Made by a program: the position numbers and the translations under genes
The notes under the pieces: model-generated
The model's input: only the letters and a program-made list of their open reading frames with translations
What the model was told of the DNA's origin: nothing
Databases searched by the model: none
Shown: piece by piece, positions 30,960-32,000 of the stretch
Numbering within the stretch: the first letter of the stretch is position 1
Layout of the letters: each line of letters opens with the position of its first letter
NCBI RefSeq assembly: GCF_012570145.1
Contig: NZ_CP046206.1
Span: 152,324-184,323, forward strand
Reading direction: 5' to 3'
From: Enterobacteriaceae endosymbiont of Donacia provostii
GTDB taxonomy: Bacteria; Pseudomonadota; Gammaproteobacteria; Enterobacterales; Enterobacteriaceae
DNA length: 32,000 nucleotides

Positions 30960-32000
30960 TTAACATCTCTTATTTTTTTTTTCATAATATATATGAATTA
31001 ATTTTATAAAATAATCAAATAATATAGATGCATCATTCGGTCCTGGATTTGATTCTGGATGTCCTTGAAAACCAAAAGCAGGTTTATTTATACAATGAAT
31101 ACCTTCTATAGTATTATCAAATAATGATTTATATGTAATTTTTAATTTTTTAGGAAAATTTTTTTTATCAATAGTAAAATTATGATTTTGAGTAGTAATT
31201 AGTACTTTATTATTTTCTAAATTTTTTACAGGATGATTACTTCCATGATGACCTATTTCCATTCTAACTATTTTAGCCCCATTAGCAATGGCTAAAATTT
31301 GATGACCAAAACAAACTCCAAAAATAGGAATATTTTTTTTTAATATTTTTTTTATAGTATGTATTATATAATGACAGGGATTAGGGTCTCCTGGACCATT
31401 AGATAAAAAAATACCATCAGGATTTAATAAAAGTAAATCTTGATAACTTATAAAAGCAGGAACAACAGTAACTTTACATTTTCTATCAACTAACATTTTT
31501 AAAATACTATTTTTAACACCAAAATCTAAAACTACAACATGTCTAAAAAACATATTTTTTTTAACTATTTGTATATTTTTACTATTTAAAATCCAAGAGT
31601 AATTTACTTTAGTAGTAATTTCTTTAACTAAATCTACACCTTTAAAACCTTTAAATTGATGTAGTTTATTTAAAATATCAATATAATTAATTTCTTTATT
31701 TGTAGAAATCAAAGCTATTTTTTTTATTTTTTTATTACTAATTAATCTTGTTAAATATCTAGTATCAATATCACTAATAGCAACAATATTCTTCTTTTTA
31801 AGAAAAATATTTAATTCTTCTGTACTACGATAATTACTTGATAATTTAGATAAATTCTTAATAATTAAACCTCTTGCATAAATTTTTGATGATTCATTAT
31901 CATATATATTAGTTCCGATATTACCGATATGAGGATATGTTAAAAGTATAATTTGTTTATAATAAGAAGGATCAGTAATAATTTCTTGATAACCAGTAAT
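30960..32000 (-). pseudogene. carA: carbamoyl-phosphate synthase small (glutaminase) subunit, interrupted by a 1-nt frameshift; 5' end outside window
   Basis: The N-terminal domain (ITGYQEIITDPSYYKQIILLTYPHIGNIGTN...AISDIDTRYLTRLI) is read from the window edge and ends at TAG 31738-31740. The remainder (SNKKIKKIALIS... with GATase motifs GVCFGHQ and GFQGHPES) lies in the +1 frame, open from 31742 to TAA 30960-30962. Confidence 0.75.

Noticed and set aside
30959-30985. A 9-codon N-terminal extension of the carB track ORF (MKKKIRDVK).
   Set aside because: It overlaps the carA 3' end. The conserved CarB start MPKRTDI begins at ATG 30958, right after the carA stop.

Overview
This window is extremely AT-rich (by eye about 80% or more A+T) and very gene-dense. 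It looks like a segment of a highly reduced insect-endosymbiont genome derived from Enterobacterales (Buchnera-, Blochmannia- or Wigglesworthia-like). The organism cannot be named without a database search. All proteins align closely to E. coli housekeeping proteins as I recall them, and the standard genetic code applies. I count 30 protein-gene loci, of which 27 look intact: argF (5' partial), potD, prmB, aroC, ahpC, apaH, apaG, rsmA, acpS, era, rnc, lepB, lepA, prlC, rlmB, miaA, mutL, orn, psd, epmA, efp, epmB, groEL, groES, ompA, ygfZ and carB. Three are disrupted: ridA (frameshift in an A10 tract), djlA (truncated J-domain remnant with two in-frame stops) and carA (single-nucleotide frameshift at the domain linker; its 5' end is outside the window). 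There are three tRNA genes (Asn-GUU, Gly-GCC, Phe-GAA), none encoding a 3' CCA. A few promoters and intrinsic terminators are recognisable, mostly around the tRNAs and groESL. I found no CRISPR array, mobile element, defence or toxin system, or unexplained multi-gene cluster. Every non-shadow ORF has a clear housekeeping identity, and the largest spacer (about 530 nt) is explained by the djlA remnant. The observations worth a second look all concern gene decay or possible recoding: the ridA poly(A) frameshift, the carA AUU-UAG frameshift, a solitary potD, an extended OmpA C-terminus and homopolymer tracts.
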